Shown here one piece after another: positions 9,407-19,394 of a DNA stretch of 64,000 nucleotides. A model generated the notes under the pieces. The model saw nothing but the letters and a program-made list of their open reading frames with translations, made no database searches and was not told the DNA's origin. Source of the DNA: an uncultured virus (IMG/VR IMGVR_UViG_3300025150_000005) (Duplodnaviria; Heunggongvirae; Uroviricota; Caudoviricetes). The position numbers and the translations under genes were made by a program. Within the stretch, counting starts at the first letter, position 1; each line of letters begins with the position of its first letter. Where the stretch lies: the IMG/VR virus record IMGVR_UViG_3300025150_000005; one strand, written 5' to 3'.

Positions 9407-10245
9407 CTCGTTACGCCTGCGAGTTCGATGGCAAGTCGGTCACCTACCGTTTCGGAAAGGAGAAGATCTGGAGCATCGCCGCGACGAGTCTCGCGCGGGC
9501 TGTCCGCGCGTTTCGTGTGGGTGCGCTCCACCCGCACCAGTACAGCACTGCGCGGGTCCAGACCAGGGGAGTGAGCGACACCGGGAGCACGGATTACCTG
9601 TATCTGTCTTCGGAGCCTGGGGGTGTCGTCCCTGTGCGGGTCGGGAGCCAGCACGTCGCGGACATCGCTCCCGAGGGTGATGAAGCTGCAGACTACCAGC
9701 TCGGCGTGCTCCCGACAGAGGTCGTGGGCAGCCTCTCGGACTCGACCAGTCTTCAAGTCGCCGGGACTGCGACGGGGCTCGATGTGGCCGCGCGGTGCGA
9801 GATCGAAGCGCGGACGCGCGCGCTCACGGAGAAGATGGGCCAGCTCGCACAGATGCGACACGAGCTGATGCGTCAGCGCCAGGAGTTGGAGGCCGAGGTG
9901 GCTCGACGAGTCGAGCAGATCTGGCTGATCGAGCTGTTCCTGGGGACGAAGGAGGAAGTCCATGTCCTCCGCGAAGGGGAGCCTGCGCTCGCGTCTACGC
10001 GGATCACGGTGCGTCAGCAGGTGCTCTGCATGGACGAGGAGATCGCGGTCTACGACTGGGTCCACGACCTGGACCGCGACGGGGGGTTCGACTACCGCGA
10101 CCTGGAGGCATTCGACCGCTGGCTCCTCGACGATGCGGGACACCTCAACGCAGTCCTCCCTGAGCCCAAAGGGATCGCAGCTTTCCGCGTACGGCGCTGG
10201 ATCAAGGATCGACCGAACCACGATTTCGTAGCTGGCACAAGGTGA
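9403..10245 (+). CDS. Coiled-coil mobile-element hypothetical protein (possibly truncated)
   Basis: Coiled coil followed by IELFLG..EE...LREGEPA....ITVRQQVL.MDEE. Confidence 0.65.
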   Translation: MTRYACEFDGKSVTYRFGKEKIWSIAATSLARAVRAFRVGALHPHQYSTARVQTRGVSDTGSTDYLYLSSEPGGVVPVRVGSQHVADIAPEGDEAADYQLGVLPTEVVGSLSDSTSLQVAGTATGLDVAARCEIEARTRALTEKMGQLAQMRHELMRQRQELEAEVARRVEQIWLIELFLGTKEEVHVLREGEPALASTRITVRQQVLCMDEEIAVYDWVHDLDRDGGFDYRDLEAFDRWLLDDAGHLNAVLPEPKGIAAFRVRRWIKDRPNHDFVAGTR

Positions 10246-10510
10246 AGGCGGCTGGGCGTGAGCGCGAGCGCCCCTTCGTCGCGCTGGTCCTTCAACAGCA
10301 GACCTCTGTCGCTGCGCCCACTGAAACTGATCTGGCGCGGGTCGAGCGCCTTGTTCGCTGGTGGAAGATGAAGACCAAGGAGAACCGCGACATCGACGGC
10401 GATAGCGCGAAGGCGTTGCGGATGATCGTGCGCGCCTTCGACGCGGGCGAAGACTACGACAACGATCCAGAGCGCCTCCTCTTTGGGGCGCGTGACGAGC
10501 AGGTGGAGAA

Positions 10511-11035
10511 GTGAGCCTTTACACGCCACACCGCGGGATCGGCGCCGTGGACATGGGCCAATGTCGCGTGGAGGTCTACCATTCCATTGGTGGCCTCGCG
10601 CAGTGCGCGCGCAAGCCAGTCGTGGTCGTCGAGGACATCGGCTACTGTCGCCAGCACGCGCCCGAAGGCACGCTGAAGATCTCGACCGAGACGCTCTACA
10701 GCGCCCACATCGCAGAAGGACGTGTGCGGGTCGCGACGACGAGAGCGCTGCCCACTCCCAAGGGCTGGACACTCACCAGCTCCGGTGATGCGTTCGGCCA
10801 CGCTCGACGCCTCTTTCGCGAGGACGTTGGCAAGGCGATTGGTCGGTCGCGCAAGTACCTCGGCCTGACCGCGGATGAGGCGGTCTCGGCCCTGCGCGTC
10901 GCCCTGTCGCGCCGGGTGACGAGCCTGCGTACTCAACTGGAGAGCGACACCAACGATCTGAAGGCGGTCGAATACCATCTTCAACGTGTCGGGGCTGAGG
11001 GCGCCTCGCCCGCAGGCCCGACCTCTGAGGACTGA
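10511..11035 (+). CDS. Hypothetical protein
   Basis: GTGA overlap with 10242..10514; Cys motifs. Confidence 0.6.
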   Translation: MSLYTPHRGIGAVDMGQCRVEVYHSIGGLAQCARKPVVVVEDIGYCRQHAPEGTLKISTETLYSAHIAEGRVRVATTRALPTPKGWTLTSSGDAFGHARRLFREDVGKAIGRSRKYLGLTADEAVSALRVALSRRVTSLRTQLESDTNDLKAVEYHLQRVGAEGASPAGPTSED

Positions 11036-11102
11036 TCTCCAGGCTTGTCCCTCGATTCCTCCCTGCCTATACTTCGGGACGGATTGCTGCAGGAGTTCCC
11101 GC

Positions 11103-11543
11103 ATGCGCCTCCGTCTTGCCCTCCTGGCCTTGCTCGGGCTCCTCCTGCCCGCAGCCGCCGGCGGTCAACAGTCCGTCACGATCTACTCGGGGGCGCACGT
11201 TTGCGCCCTGGACTTGTCGACCATCAACAACACCACCTGGAACGATCTGACCAGCGCGTCCTTCTTCGATCAGACCAGCGCCGACGGGACCGCTTGCCCG
11301 GCAGGCGCGACCATCGTCGCGCTGTCATGCTACATGGCCGCGAGCACCGACGACACGCGCTTGGCGCTCACGGCGCGCGACGCGGCTGATCCGGCAACCA
11401 ACGCGATCCTTTGCCCAGGGGCTGGTGCTGTCTCGCTGTCGCTCTACGGCGTGGAGTGGACCGTCGCGGGTGTGCACACCATCAGCGTCAAGAAGACTAC
11501 GGCGGGTGATGCTGGGTACCTTCTGATCTGGACCAACCAGTGA
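11103..11543 (+). CDS. Secreted protein with signal peptide
   Basis: MRLRLALLALLGLLLPAAAGG signal peptide; AGGAG RBS. Confidence 0.75.
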   Translation: MRLRLALLALLGLLLPAAAGGQQSVTIYSGAHVCALDLSTINNTTWNDLTSASFFDQTSADGTACPAGATIVALSCYMAASTDDTRLALTARDAADPATNAILCPGAGAVSLSLYGVEWTVAGVHTISVKKTTAGDAGYLLIWTNQ

Positions 11544-13135
11544 GCGGCGTGATGCTGAGATGGGCCCGTGTGTGGACGCTGGTGTCCACAGCGCTCTTCG
11601 CGACACACGTAGCGCGGGCTGACCCTGCCGGCCCCCCTGGCGGTTTCACGCCTCCGGGCGGTGGTGGAGGCACGCCCCTCCCTGCGGCTCTGCAGGATCT
11701 GGCGGACGCTGGCCTGGCTGCGTCGGCGGATCTGTTCTACTACACCACCGCGGCTGAAACCTGGGCTTACGGCGCCGTCACAGCTGTGGCGCGTACGCTC
11801 ATGGCGGCGACGACTGTCGTCGCTCAGCGTACAGCGCTCGGGCTCGGCGCCTTGGCGATCGTGGACGACACGTCGGGTGTCCCCATCGCGAGCTGTGCCG
11901 ATGACGCCAACTGGACAGGGGGTGTCTGCCCGAGCTTCGAGGACGAGGCGGATAACCAACTCGCGTTTCGCGTCCAGACGCTCGAAGATGCGACTGTCAG
12001 TGCAGGCGCGGTCACGCAGGACGTGTTTGCACTCGCGCATGGGTTCTCAGTCGGGACGATCGTCCAGCTCACGGGTGTCGGTTGGGTAGGTGCGCAGGCA
12101 GACTCCCTGACGAATGCGCAGTGGCAGGGAATGGTGTCTGCGATCCCCGACGTGGACAACTTCACCGTGACGTTGGCCGGTGCAGTCTCACCGCTGTTCG
12201 GGTTGACGACCGGGACTGAGTATTACCTGGATTCTGGCATCGCTGGTGGGTTCACGGCGACTGAGCCGAGTCCGCCAGACGTGTCGGCGCCGATCGGGTA
12301 CGCAGTAAGCGGCAACACGATGTGGATCCAGCCGCTGCGGCCGTTGGATTTCAACGGCGCAGACGGGCTCGCGTATACGCCAACGACTTCGAGTGACTGG
12401 AATCCGGTCCCCACTGACGTTCAGGGCGCACTGGATGAGTTGGGTTCCCGGACGTTCCCCAGTGCGACACCAAATCCGAGCCCATCGGTTGCACCAACTG
12501 TCGAGTGGCACCCCAACGACGACACGCTGCGGGCGATAGGGAGCGCCGCCTTCGCCCTCTCGTCTGGGACCGTCAGCACGATTCGCAGTGCGGGCAAGAG
12601 TGTCGTCGTCTTCAATGGTTCCACGTTCTACACATTCGGGACAAATCTAGGCTACCCGGCAAGCTACACGTTTGTCTTCGCGGTGCACTTCACTACGATT
12701 GGCGCTCAGGAGTATATAATGGGGGCTGCGCCAGCTACTGGCGCTAATGAGGACACATGGGGCGGCATGGAGCTGCTGGCGACAGGGCAACTCCGATACT
12801 ACTTCGGGGATGGCGCCGCGGGCAGCTATGGGATAACGACACTTGCACCAATCGCAGCCGCGAAGACATGGTACGTCATCGCAATGCGGTACACGACTGG
12901 ATCCACAGAATGTGAGATCTGGGTCGACGGCACGTCGTACGCGATAACGACTGAGGTTACCGCCGCGTCTGCTGCTGGCGGCGACGGTGTGAGCCCCTTT
13001 CGAATCGGACGGCTCGGGCTTTATAGCAGTGGCCTCGCGTTGAATGCGACCCTCGGCGACTTCTACTACTGGGACAGTCCTCTCTCGGACGCCAACCGGA
13101 TCATCGTGCAGGACGCACTTCAGGTGGCGTACTGA
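11540..13135 (+). CDS. Spike/fibre-like secreted protein with C-terminal LamG/concanavalin-like domain
   Basis: Signal-like N-terminus, PTDVQGALDEL fibre motif, WYVIAMRY..IWVDG..FRIG..DFYYWDSPLS LamG signature. Confidence 0.7.
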   Translation: MSGVMLRWARVWTLVSTALFATHVARADPAGPPGGFTPPGGGGGTPLPAALQDLADAGLAASADLFYYTTAAETWAYGAVTAVARTLMAATTVVAQRTALGLGALAIVDDTSGVPIASCADDANWTGGVCPSFEDEADNQLAFRVQTLEDATVSAGAVTQDVFALAHGFSVGTIVQLTGVGWVGAQADSLTNAQWQGMVSAIPDVDNFTVTLAGAVSPLFGLTTGTEYYLDSGIAGGFTATEPSPPDVSAPIGYAVSGNTMWIQPLRPLDFNGADGLAYTPTTSSDWNPVPTDVQGALDELGSRTFPSATPNPSPSVAPTVEWHPNDDTLRAIGSAAFALSSGTVSTIRSAGKSVVVFNGSTFYTFGTNLGYPASYTFVFAVHFTTIGAQEYIMGAAPATGANEDTWGGMELLATGQLRYYFGDGAAGSYGITTLAPIAAAKTWYVIAMRYTTGSTECEIWVDGTSYAITTEVTAASAAGGDGVSPFRIGRLGLYSSGLALNATLGDFYYWDSPLSDANRIIVQDALQVAY

Positions 13136-13596
13136 TGTTGAGCAAGCAGCGTAAAGCGATTCTGACCCTGCAGGCACAAGTGCTCATCACCACACTCGGC
13201 ATTTGGGCGGCCGCGCCTGAATGGGCAGCCGAGCAACTCGTGTATGCGCTCGTGGTAGGCGTGAGCGGTAATGTCGTCGAGCGACTTTCAGGGACAGTCG
13301 CAGCCCAAGCGCACGATCCGCGGGACTTGGACGATCAGCGGAAATTCTACCTGACTTTCTGGGGTCAGATCCTACTCTTCATCCTGGGCGTCCGTGCTGG
13401 CTGGTCAGCAGACGACGGCCCACCTGAATGGGCGGCACAGTGGTTGGTCTTGGGCCTCGCTGCAGGGACAGGAGCTAACGTACTGGAACACCTGACCGCA
13501 ACCTGGGCACGTATCAATCGGAGAAAGACAGCAGACTCAGTGCCGGGTATAGACGCCGTGCCAGTGCCGGTACTAGTGTCTGAGGTGCCTACATGA
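13135..13596 (+). CDS. Membrane protein with internal duplication (holin-like)
   Basis: Two repeats of RK..LT...Q.L...LG...PEWAA..LV..L..G...NV.E.L. Confidence 0.65.
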   Translation: MLSKQRKAILTLQAQVLITTLGIWAAAPEWAAEQLVYALVVGVSGNVVERLSGTVAAQAHDPRDLDDQRKFYLTFWGQILLFILGVRAGWSADDGPPEWAAQWLVLGLAAGTGANVLEHLTATWARINRRKTADSVPGIDAVPVPVLVSEVPT

Positions 13597-14111
13597 GCGC
13601 CTTGCGTATCCTCCGCTCTGCCCTGGTCCACCAACTCGAACCGACGCTGCGCGACCGCATTGCGCGGGCACACGCCGCGTTGGAGGACGCTGAGGCACGT
13701 CTCGAAGCCCATAGCGCCGAGAAGGCCCGCGCCGTCACGTCGGCCCTCGAAGAACGCGACATCCAGATTGGACGCGTGACGCAGCTGAGCCGAGAGGCCG
13801 CGGACGCCGTTCGTCAGCTCGCGGACGCCCGTGTCGAGTTCGACCTCAAGCTCGCCGATTACACACAACAGATCACGACTCTCAGCGACGCGCTCACGAC
13901 ATTGCAGGCGACCGCGACGGACGCCATCGCGGACATGATGGGGCGGGCCCGTGCAGAGCGCGCAGAGCACGCAGCACGCGAGGCGGCCCTGGATCTACAA
14001 CGTGACGAGGCCGCCCAGCAGGCACAGGGGTACCTGCGTGGCCTCCGCATCTGGCGCGTCTCGGCGATCGCCGCGTGGGTTGGGCTTGCAGTGGGCGTGG
14101 TGGCGCTCTAG
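13593..14111 (+). CDS. Coiled-coil protein with C-terminal TM helix
   Basis: Ala-rich heptads, terminal hydrophobic segment. Confidence 0.7.
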   Translation: MSALRILRSALVHQLEPTLRDRIARAHAALEDAEARLEAHSAEKARAVTSALEERDIQIGRVTQLSREAADAVRQLADARVEFDLKLADYTQQITTLSDALTTLQATATDAIADMMGRARAERAEHAAREAALDLQRDEAAQQAQGYLRGLRIWRVSAIAAWVGLAVGVVAL

Positions 14112-14133
14112 CCAAAGTCGGCCACTTTCCCGC

Positions 14134-14163
14134 TTGACGGCGCACCTACGTTTGTATTAGGGT
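14134..14163 (+). promoter_or_regulatory. Sigma70-like promoter with shared operator
   Basis: TTGACG-GCGCACCTACGTTTGTAT-TAGGGT. Confidence 0.8.
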
Positions 14164-14289
14164 CCCTGCTGTTTCGCCCTGCGCCCTTCGTAGGACTGCA
14201 CGTTCAGCACCCGAGGTTCACGGTGTGGATCGCGTGGCGCTGGCGCTTGAGGGCGCGGCAGAGGTCATCGAGCGGGGAGGGCACTGGCG

Positions 14290-14610
14290 ATGAATCGACG
14301 ACTACCGACCTGCGCGTGGTGTGGCGAGCGCCTACGTGGCGCGCAAATCCGCGTCATCTACCGCGATCTCCCCGGAGCCCCGGAGGTCGGCTGGCACGCC
14401 GACACAGGGGGCGTGGACCGCCGCAGAGGCCCACTCAAGCGGTGCTGGGACGAGGACCCGATGTTTCAGGCGCTCATGGATAGCCGCGACGCCCGAGACG
14501 ACGCCGAGACGGAGGGGCACATCCGCACGATCCAGACGCGCGGCGACAACCGCGTTTCGGCGCGCCGGGCGTGGCACGATTACCTGCGCCTGACGGCCGT
14601 GCCGCTGTAG
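14290..14610 (+). CDS. Hypothetical protein with CxxC
   Basis: GGGGAGG RBS; CAWC. Confidence 0.6.
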   Translation: MNRRLPTCAWCGERLRGAQIRVIYRDLPGAPEVGWHADTGGVDRRRGPLKRCWDEDPMFQALMDSRDARDDAETEGHIRTIQTRGDNRVSARRAWHDYLRLTAVPL

Positions 14611-14693
14611 TGCGAGATGTCCGGCGGCGGCTGCATCGTCGTGCGCGTAGAGGGCAAACCAAACCGATTCGTGAGAAAGGCAAGGATCCGCTG

Positions 14694-14897
14694 ATGGACG
14701 ACGAGAGCACTTGGCTTGGCCAGGGCACTGTGATCAAAGCGACGGATCGCGCACTGCTGATCCGTATCGTGACTCGCGACGAGCCCATCTGGGTCCCCAA
14801 GTCGCAAATCCACGACGACTCCGAGGTCTACGCCGAGGGCCACGAAGGTGACGTCTACGTCACGTCCTGGTGGGCGGCGAAGGAAGGGTTGGACTGA
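14694..14897 (+). CDS. Small conserved phage-type protein
   Basis: TDRALL...WVPKSQI..DSEV..G..G...V..WWA..EG. Confidence 0.7.
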   Translation: MDDESTWLGQGTVIKATDRALLIRIVTRDEPIWVPKSQIHDDSEVYAEGHEGDVYVTSWWAAKEGLD

Positions 14898-16362
14898 CTC
14901 GATGTCGAAGCCGAGTCGAGACACCGTCCCGCCCATCCCGCGGCCAGCGAGACTTCCTGATTCGGCGCCCGATGGGGCTCAGTGAGTTCGAGAGCCACGT
15001 GTTTCACCTACTTGCGCTCCACATCCAACCAGACAAGCTCGAAGCTGCGATCGCCGCATCCTTTGGGCTCACCACGCCGGAGCTGCAGGAGATCATCGCG
15101 GAGACCTTGGACCCATACTACAACCGCCTCGGGCTCGCCGAACAGAAACGGTTGCGTGAACAACGCACCGTGCGCCACACGACGGCCTGATCGGGGGCTG
15201 CGTTTCCGTGAACCAGGATCGTCCAGTTGCTACGCCGTCACGCCCGAATACGCTGGAGCATGTGCAGCTCGCTGCAGAGGTCTCGACGCTACGCCTTGCG
15301 CTTCGTCGAACCCACGCGGCTCGACGCGGAGTGGCGACTGTGGACGTCGCGCTGGACCGTGAGGATCAGGAGGATTAGACGTGGCTGACGCCTACCTGCT
15401 TGCACGACTGTCGACGCTCAGTGGACAGATCCGGGAGATCGAGATCCACTGCGAGCGGGTACCTCCGCCAGCAGACTTGGACCCGAGCTGGTCCGTGTGG
15501 GCGGTGTTGCTAGATGGATCAGCGTTGCCCGTTTCGCCGTTCGTTCGTTCGCTGGCTGATTCCGAACCGACGCGCACTCGCGTTCGTGTACGCCAGCAAC
15601 AGCATCATCACTCAGCTCAGGTCGCCCGAGTGGACCTGGGCCCATCGCTTCTTGCGACCCCAACTTCGAGATGAGGTTCTTCGCCAATGACCGTCGAGAA
15701 GGGCAGCACGACCCCCCTCGAAGCCGCCGAGAGCGCACTCGCCAACGCGACGCGCGATGCCGAGACGGCGTCCCGGTGTGCAGCCGCAATCAAGATCGAG
15801 GCCGGTGCTCCCCCTGCTGTTGCGTCCCACGCGGCTCAGGCCTACGCCGCCGCAGCACAAGCCTGGGGCGCTGTCGCACAGGCCGAGGCAACGCTCTACG
15901 CGGCGGTCTCAGGCGGGGTGCAGGCACGAGCCGTGCTGACCGCGACGGAGCGACTGACGGCGCCGCGATGAGCACGAACTACTACTGGCGCGTCACGCAG
16001 GACGACGAGGAGAGTGTGCTGCCTGACGTCGGCGACTCGAACCCGAGTATCCACATCGGGAAGTTCGCAAGTTGTACACCACGCACGGGTTTCCCGCACG
16101 CGAAGGTTCTGCGAGAGTCGACGGTGCGCACGACGTTCGCCTGGACGCAGCACTTCGTGGGGTCGCGGATCTACGCGGAACGGCTCAGCGAGGGTCCCGC
16201 CGTGTTCAGCGTGACGATCCAGGCTGCGGGGACCTGACCGCCTCGTGGTCGACTGCGCCGACCTGAAAATGTGGGGGGAGGGGGCGGGCTCCGAGGTCGT
16301 CGCCCCTGGTCAGTGGTGCTGATCCACCATGGGTTGACGAGACGCACCTGCTGTCGCATCAT

Positions 16363-16743
16363 GTGGGCGTGTATCAACCGCCTCGCCCACGCGTCTTCCG
16401 CGCCGCTGTGCACGTACGGCCGACGCACTCTCACGCGTTCGGGGGTCCGCCTGTACTGCAGGCGTCAGACGAGCGCCGCGTCGAGGGTCAAGTCCTCTCC
16501 TACCCCAACGCGGAGATCACCCACCCTGGTCTCGTTATTGTGATCCCGCCGCCCAATGGCGGTGCCGTAGCAGCGGCCAACGCCGTTGATGCCATCTGGT
16601 GGAAGACTGCAATCGTGCAGGGCTTCGCTCAGGCAATCTCCTTTGCCACCTTCGGTGTGGCCCTGTACCTGCTTCAGCGCGCTCAGGGCAAGAAGAGCGA
16701 GTTCCAGATGCCGACGCCCGTCGGGACGCCATTACCCCGTTGA
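16363..16743 (+). CDS. Membrane protein
   Basis: C-proximal TM followed by basic residues. Confidence 0.55.
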   Translation: MGVYQPPRPRVFRAAVHVRPTHSHAFGGPPVLQASDERRVEGQVLSYPNAEITHPGLVIVIPPPNGGAVAAANAVDAIWWKTAIVQGFAQAISFATFGVALYLLQRAQGKKSEFQMPTPVGTPLPR

Positions 16744-16769
16744 CAATCGACCTACGTTTGCAGTAGGGT
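16740..16769 (+). promoter_or_regulatory. Sigma70-like promoter with shared operator
   Basis: TTGACA-ATCGACCTACGTTTGCAG-TAGGGT. Confidence 0.85.
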
Positions 16770-16795
16770 CCGCCCTGACGCTTCAGGGGGTCCCG

Positions 16796-17656
16796 ATGCA
16801 AGAGTCAGAGCCCACGTCACTGGTCACAGCGCTGTTCTACGGTACGCTCGCCGATGCGCTGGGACTCCCTGCCGATGCGAGGCGTCCCGCCGACGTCATC
16901 GCACGCGTACGGCAGCTCGTCGCGTTCCGCGCGCAGGTTCGTGTGCCGGTGCGAGATGCGCTGCGTGACTACCTGCTGAAGGCGTCGATTGCCGAGGATG
17001 CCGTGGTCCTGCGACGCGCACACAACGGATCTGCCATGACCGCAGGCGAGATGCTCGACGTGCTGGAGTCAGCGAGTCCCGTCGCCGACGACTTCCTGGC
17101 CGACGTGTACGGTGCCGCGATCCTCGCAGTCGCGACGCGGGAGGCCCAACGCCCTGAACCCGGGACCTACGAGCTGAAGCAGGTCTGCCGTGCACCCGCG
17201 ATCGCGGTGCAGCACCTGTTCGCGCCCCTGTGTGCCAAACGGGACCGCTACGCCCACTTGACAGTCCTCGCGGATCACGTGGTCGAGCTGCGCGGACGAC
17301 CGTCGCAACACGGACGCGAGATCTCACCCGGTGAGTGGGCTTTCAAGACGACCTTGGGAGACGCCTACCTGCAGCTCGTACCCACGCGAGGTCTGGCCCT
17401 GATCAGCGCGACAGAGGCCACATTCGGCGCGCAATTCGCGGCGGATGAGTCGTCCGACGTGCTGCTCGACGAGACGCTCGCGCGAGCACGGGCGTGCCAC
17501 GAAGAGGCGCGGGTCCCGCTCGACGCGCTCTGCGCGATGCTGATGGGGGCTGGGCTGCGGCGTGGGCAGATTCAACTGCTGCGGTGGTCGTCGAGCGGCT
17601 GGGACGCCTACGACAGTGGGATGCTCGCGTGGTACAAGCGCAACCTCTATGTGTAG
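16796..17656 (+). CDS. Hypothetical protein
   Basis: AGGGGG RBS downstream of the promoter. Confidence 0.7.
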   Translation: MQESEPTSLVTALFYGTLADALGLPADARRPADVIARVRQLVAFRAQVRVPVRDALRDYLLKASIAEDAVVLRRAHNGSAMTAGEMLDVLESASPVADDFLADVYGAAILAVATREAQRPEPGTYELKQVCRAPAIAVQHLFAPLCAKRDRYAHLTVLADHVVELRGRPSQHGREISPGEWAFKTTLGDAYLQLVPTRGLALISATEATFGAQFAADESSDVLLDETLARARACHEEARVPLDALCAMLMGAGLRRGQIQLLRWSSSGWDAYDSGMLAWYKRNLYV

Positions 17657-17883
17657 AGGCATGATCGGCCCACCCGCGCAAGCGCGTGTGGGCCGATCAG
17701 AGCGTACACCGCTAAATGCCAGCGACCGTCCCGAGAGGGAACGAGACGGCCGCTAAACTGGCGCGATGCGCGCCCTGAAAGGCGCGCCGTAGCAGGGCCG
17801 GGCCTTTCGCTGAAAAATGTACCAGCGCCTGTGTGCGACGTCAAGACTGGCGACGGAGGTCCGCAGTGGCCCGACAAGAAACG

Positions 17884-18198
17884 ATGTACGCAGCCAACTG
17901 GTCCGACCGGGTGGGTCGGTACTGCTCAGTGTTCATGTTCTGGAACCGGGCCATGGTGTCCACGTGCGGCGGACCACACGAGCCGGTCCAGGTCGAAGAG
18001 GTCCCCTATGGCGAGCCCGAGGGCCCGTACTGGGCTTGGGAGGACTGGACCCGGGATCAACGGCCCTGGCGGATGGTCCAGTGTAGCCTGCCACAGCTTG
18101 AGATGTGCTCCCCAGACGAGTTTCGTTCTGCCATCGCAGACGGCCAAGGCCGGATCGTCAACCTTCGTCCTGTACCTGCAACGGAGACCACCCCGTGA
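17884..18198 (+). CDS. Hypothetical protein
   Basis: GTGA overlap with sbcD. Confidence 0.6.
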   Translation: MYAANWSDRVGRYCSVFMFWNRAMVSTCGGPHEPVQVEEVPYGEPEGPYWAWEDWTRDQRPWRMVQCSLPQLEMCSPDEFRSAIADGQGRIVNLRPVPATETTP

Positions 18199-19394
18199 AC
18201 GAGTTCCGTGTCCTCGTCGTCGCTGACACCCACGTTGACGATCGTATGGCCCTGGGCGGCGCCACGCCAACCCTTCCCAACGGGGAGCCCCTCGTCCTGG
18301 CCCAGGCGCGTACCATGATGGCCTGGGTGGGTGCAGTCGCACGAGACTATGGCGTCTCGACCATCGTGCACACTGGTGATCTGTACGAGCGGCCCCAACC
18401 GACGCCTGCTTCTGAGACAGTGGCTGCTGAGGCGCTGGATGCGTGGTGCGAAATCGCAGACGTGGTCCTGCTGCTCGGTAACCACGACCGGCCACAGGGT
18501 GTGGCCAAGCACGCTTTGGAGCCACTCAGAGGACGTCGCCCTGGCCGGCTCCATGTGATCGATCGGCCAGCCACGCGCTCGCTGCCACACTTCCTGGTCG
18601 CAGCTGTCCCGACGCCGACACGTACCTACGCGATGCGTGTCGCAGATGGGCGTGAGATCAGCAACGCGCTGCTCTCCGAGCACCTGGATCAGATCGTCGC
18701 GGACTTCGCGCAGATCGCACGCAACAATCCGAATGTCCCTTCACTCCTTGTGGGCCACGGGACACTCGGGGGCGCGACCTTCCACGCGTATCAGACCGCT
18801 CCGATCAGCGACGTGCGAATCTCCACGGCGCACTTCGACGCCTTCACGACGACTGCCTGGGGCCACCTCCATCGGCGGCAAGGTGCGCCCGGCTGGCCCG
18901 GGTCGCATGGCTACGTCGGCTCCCCCGACCGCCACGACTTCGGTGAGGAGGGTGAGGCGAAGGGCGTTACGGTCTTCACCTTCAAGCGAAGCGCCGAAGG
19001 TGAAGCCTGGACCGCAACGTGGGAGTTCGTCGAGAACCTGCACGCGCGCGTCTTCCGTACCATCCCCGTCGAGACGTTCGCCCAGGCCCCTTTCGACACG
19101 TTGGCGGCGACGCTCATCGGGACCATCTCGCGCGTGACGGGCGAGATGGAGGACGGTGCCGATCTCGACGCGGTCGTGCAGACCATCCAGGCGCTCAAGC
19201 GGCGGGGCCTCATCGTGCGCAACGAGGTCACGACCGTCTGCCACGACCGCTCGCGGCTCGGGCCACAGGGCGCCCGAGAGGCGTTCACGTTGATGAACGC
19301 GGTCGCAGCTGCGTGCGAGGCCCGCGATGACCTGCGCCCCCACAAGGATCTCATCTTGTCGACCGTCGCCGAACTGCGCGGAGGTGCCCTATGA
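18195..19394 (+). CDS. sbcD: SbcD/Mre11-family metallophosphoesterase nuclease
   Basis: ADTH, TGDLYE, GNHD, GHG, GHLH, YVGSP..DFGE motifs; adjacent to sbcC. Confidence 0.9.
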   Translation: MNEFRVLVVADTHVDDRMALGGATPTLPNGEPLVLAQARTMMAWVGAVARDYGVSTIVHTGDLYERPQPTPASETVAAEALDAWCEIADVVLLLGNHDRPQGVAKHALEPLRGRRPGRLHVIDRPATRSLPHFLVAAVPTPTRTYAMRVADGREISNALLSEHLDQIVADFAQIARNNPNVPSLLVGHGTLGGATFHAYQTAPISDVRISTAHFDAFTTTAWGHLHRRQGAPGWPGSHGYVGSPDRHDFGEEGEAKGVTVFTFKRSAEGEAWTATWEFVENLHARVFRTIPVETFAQAPFDTLAATLIGTISRVTGEMEDGADLDAVVQTIQALKRRGLIVRNEVTTVCHDRSRLGPQGAREAFTLMNAVAAACEARDDLRPHKDLILSTVAELRGGAL

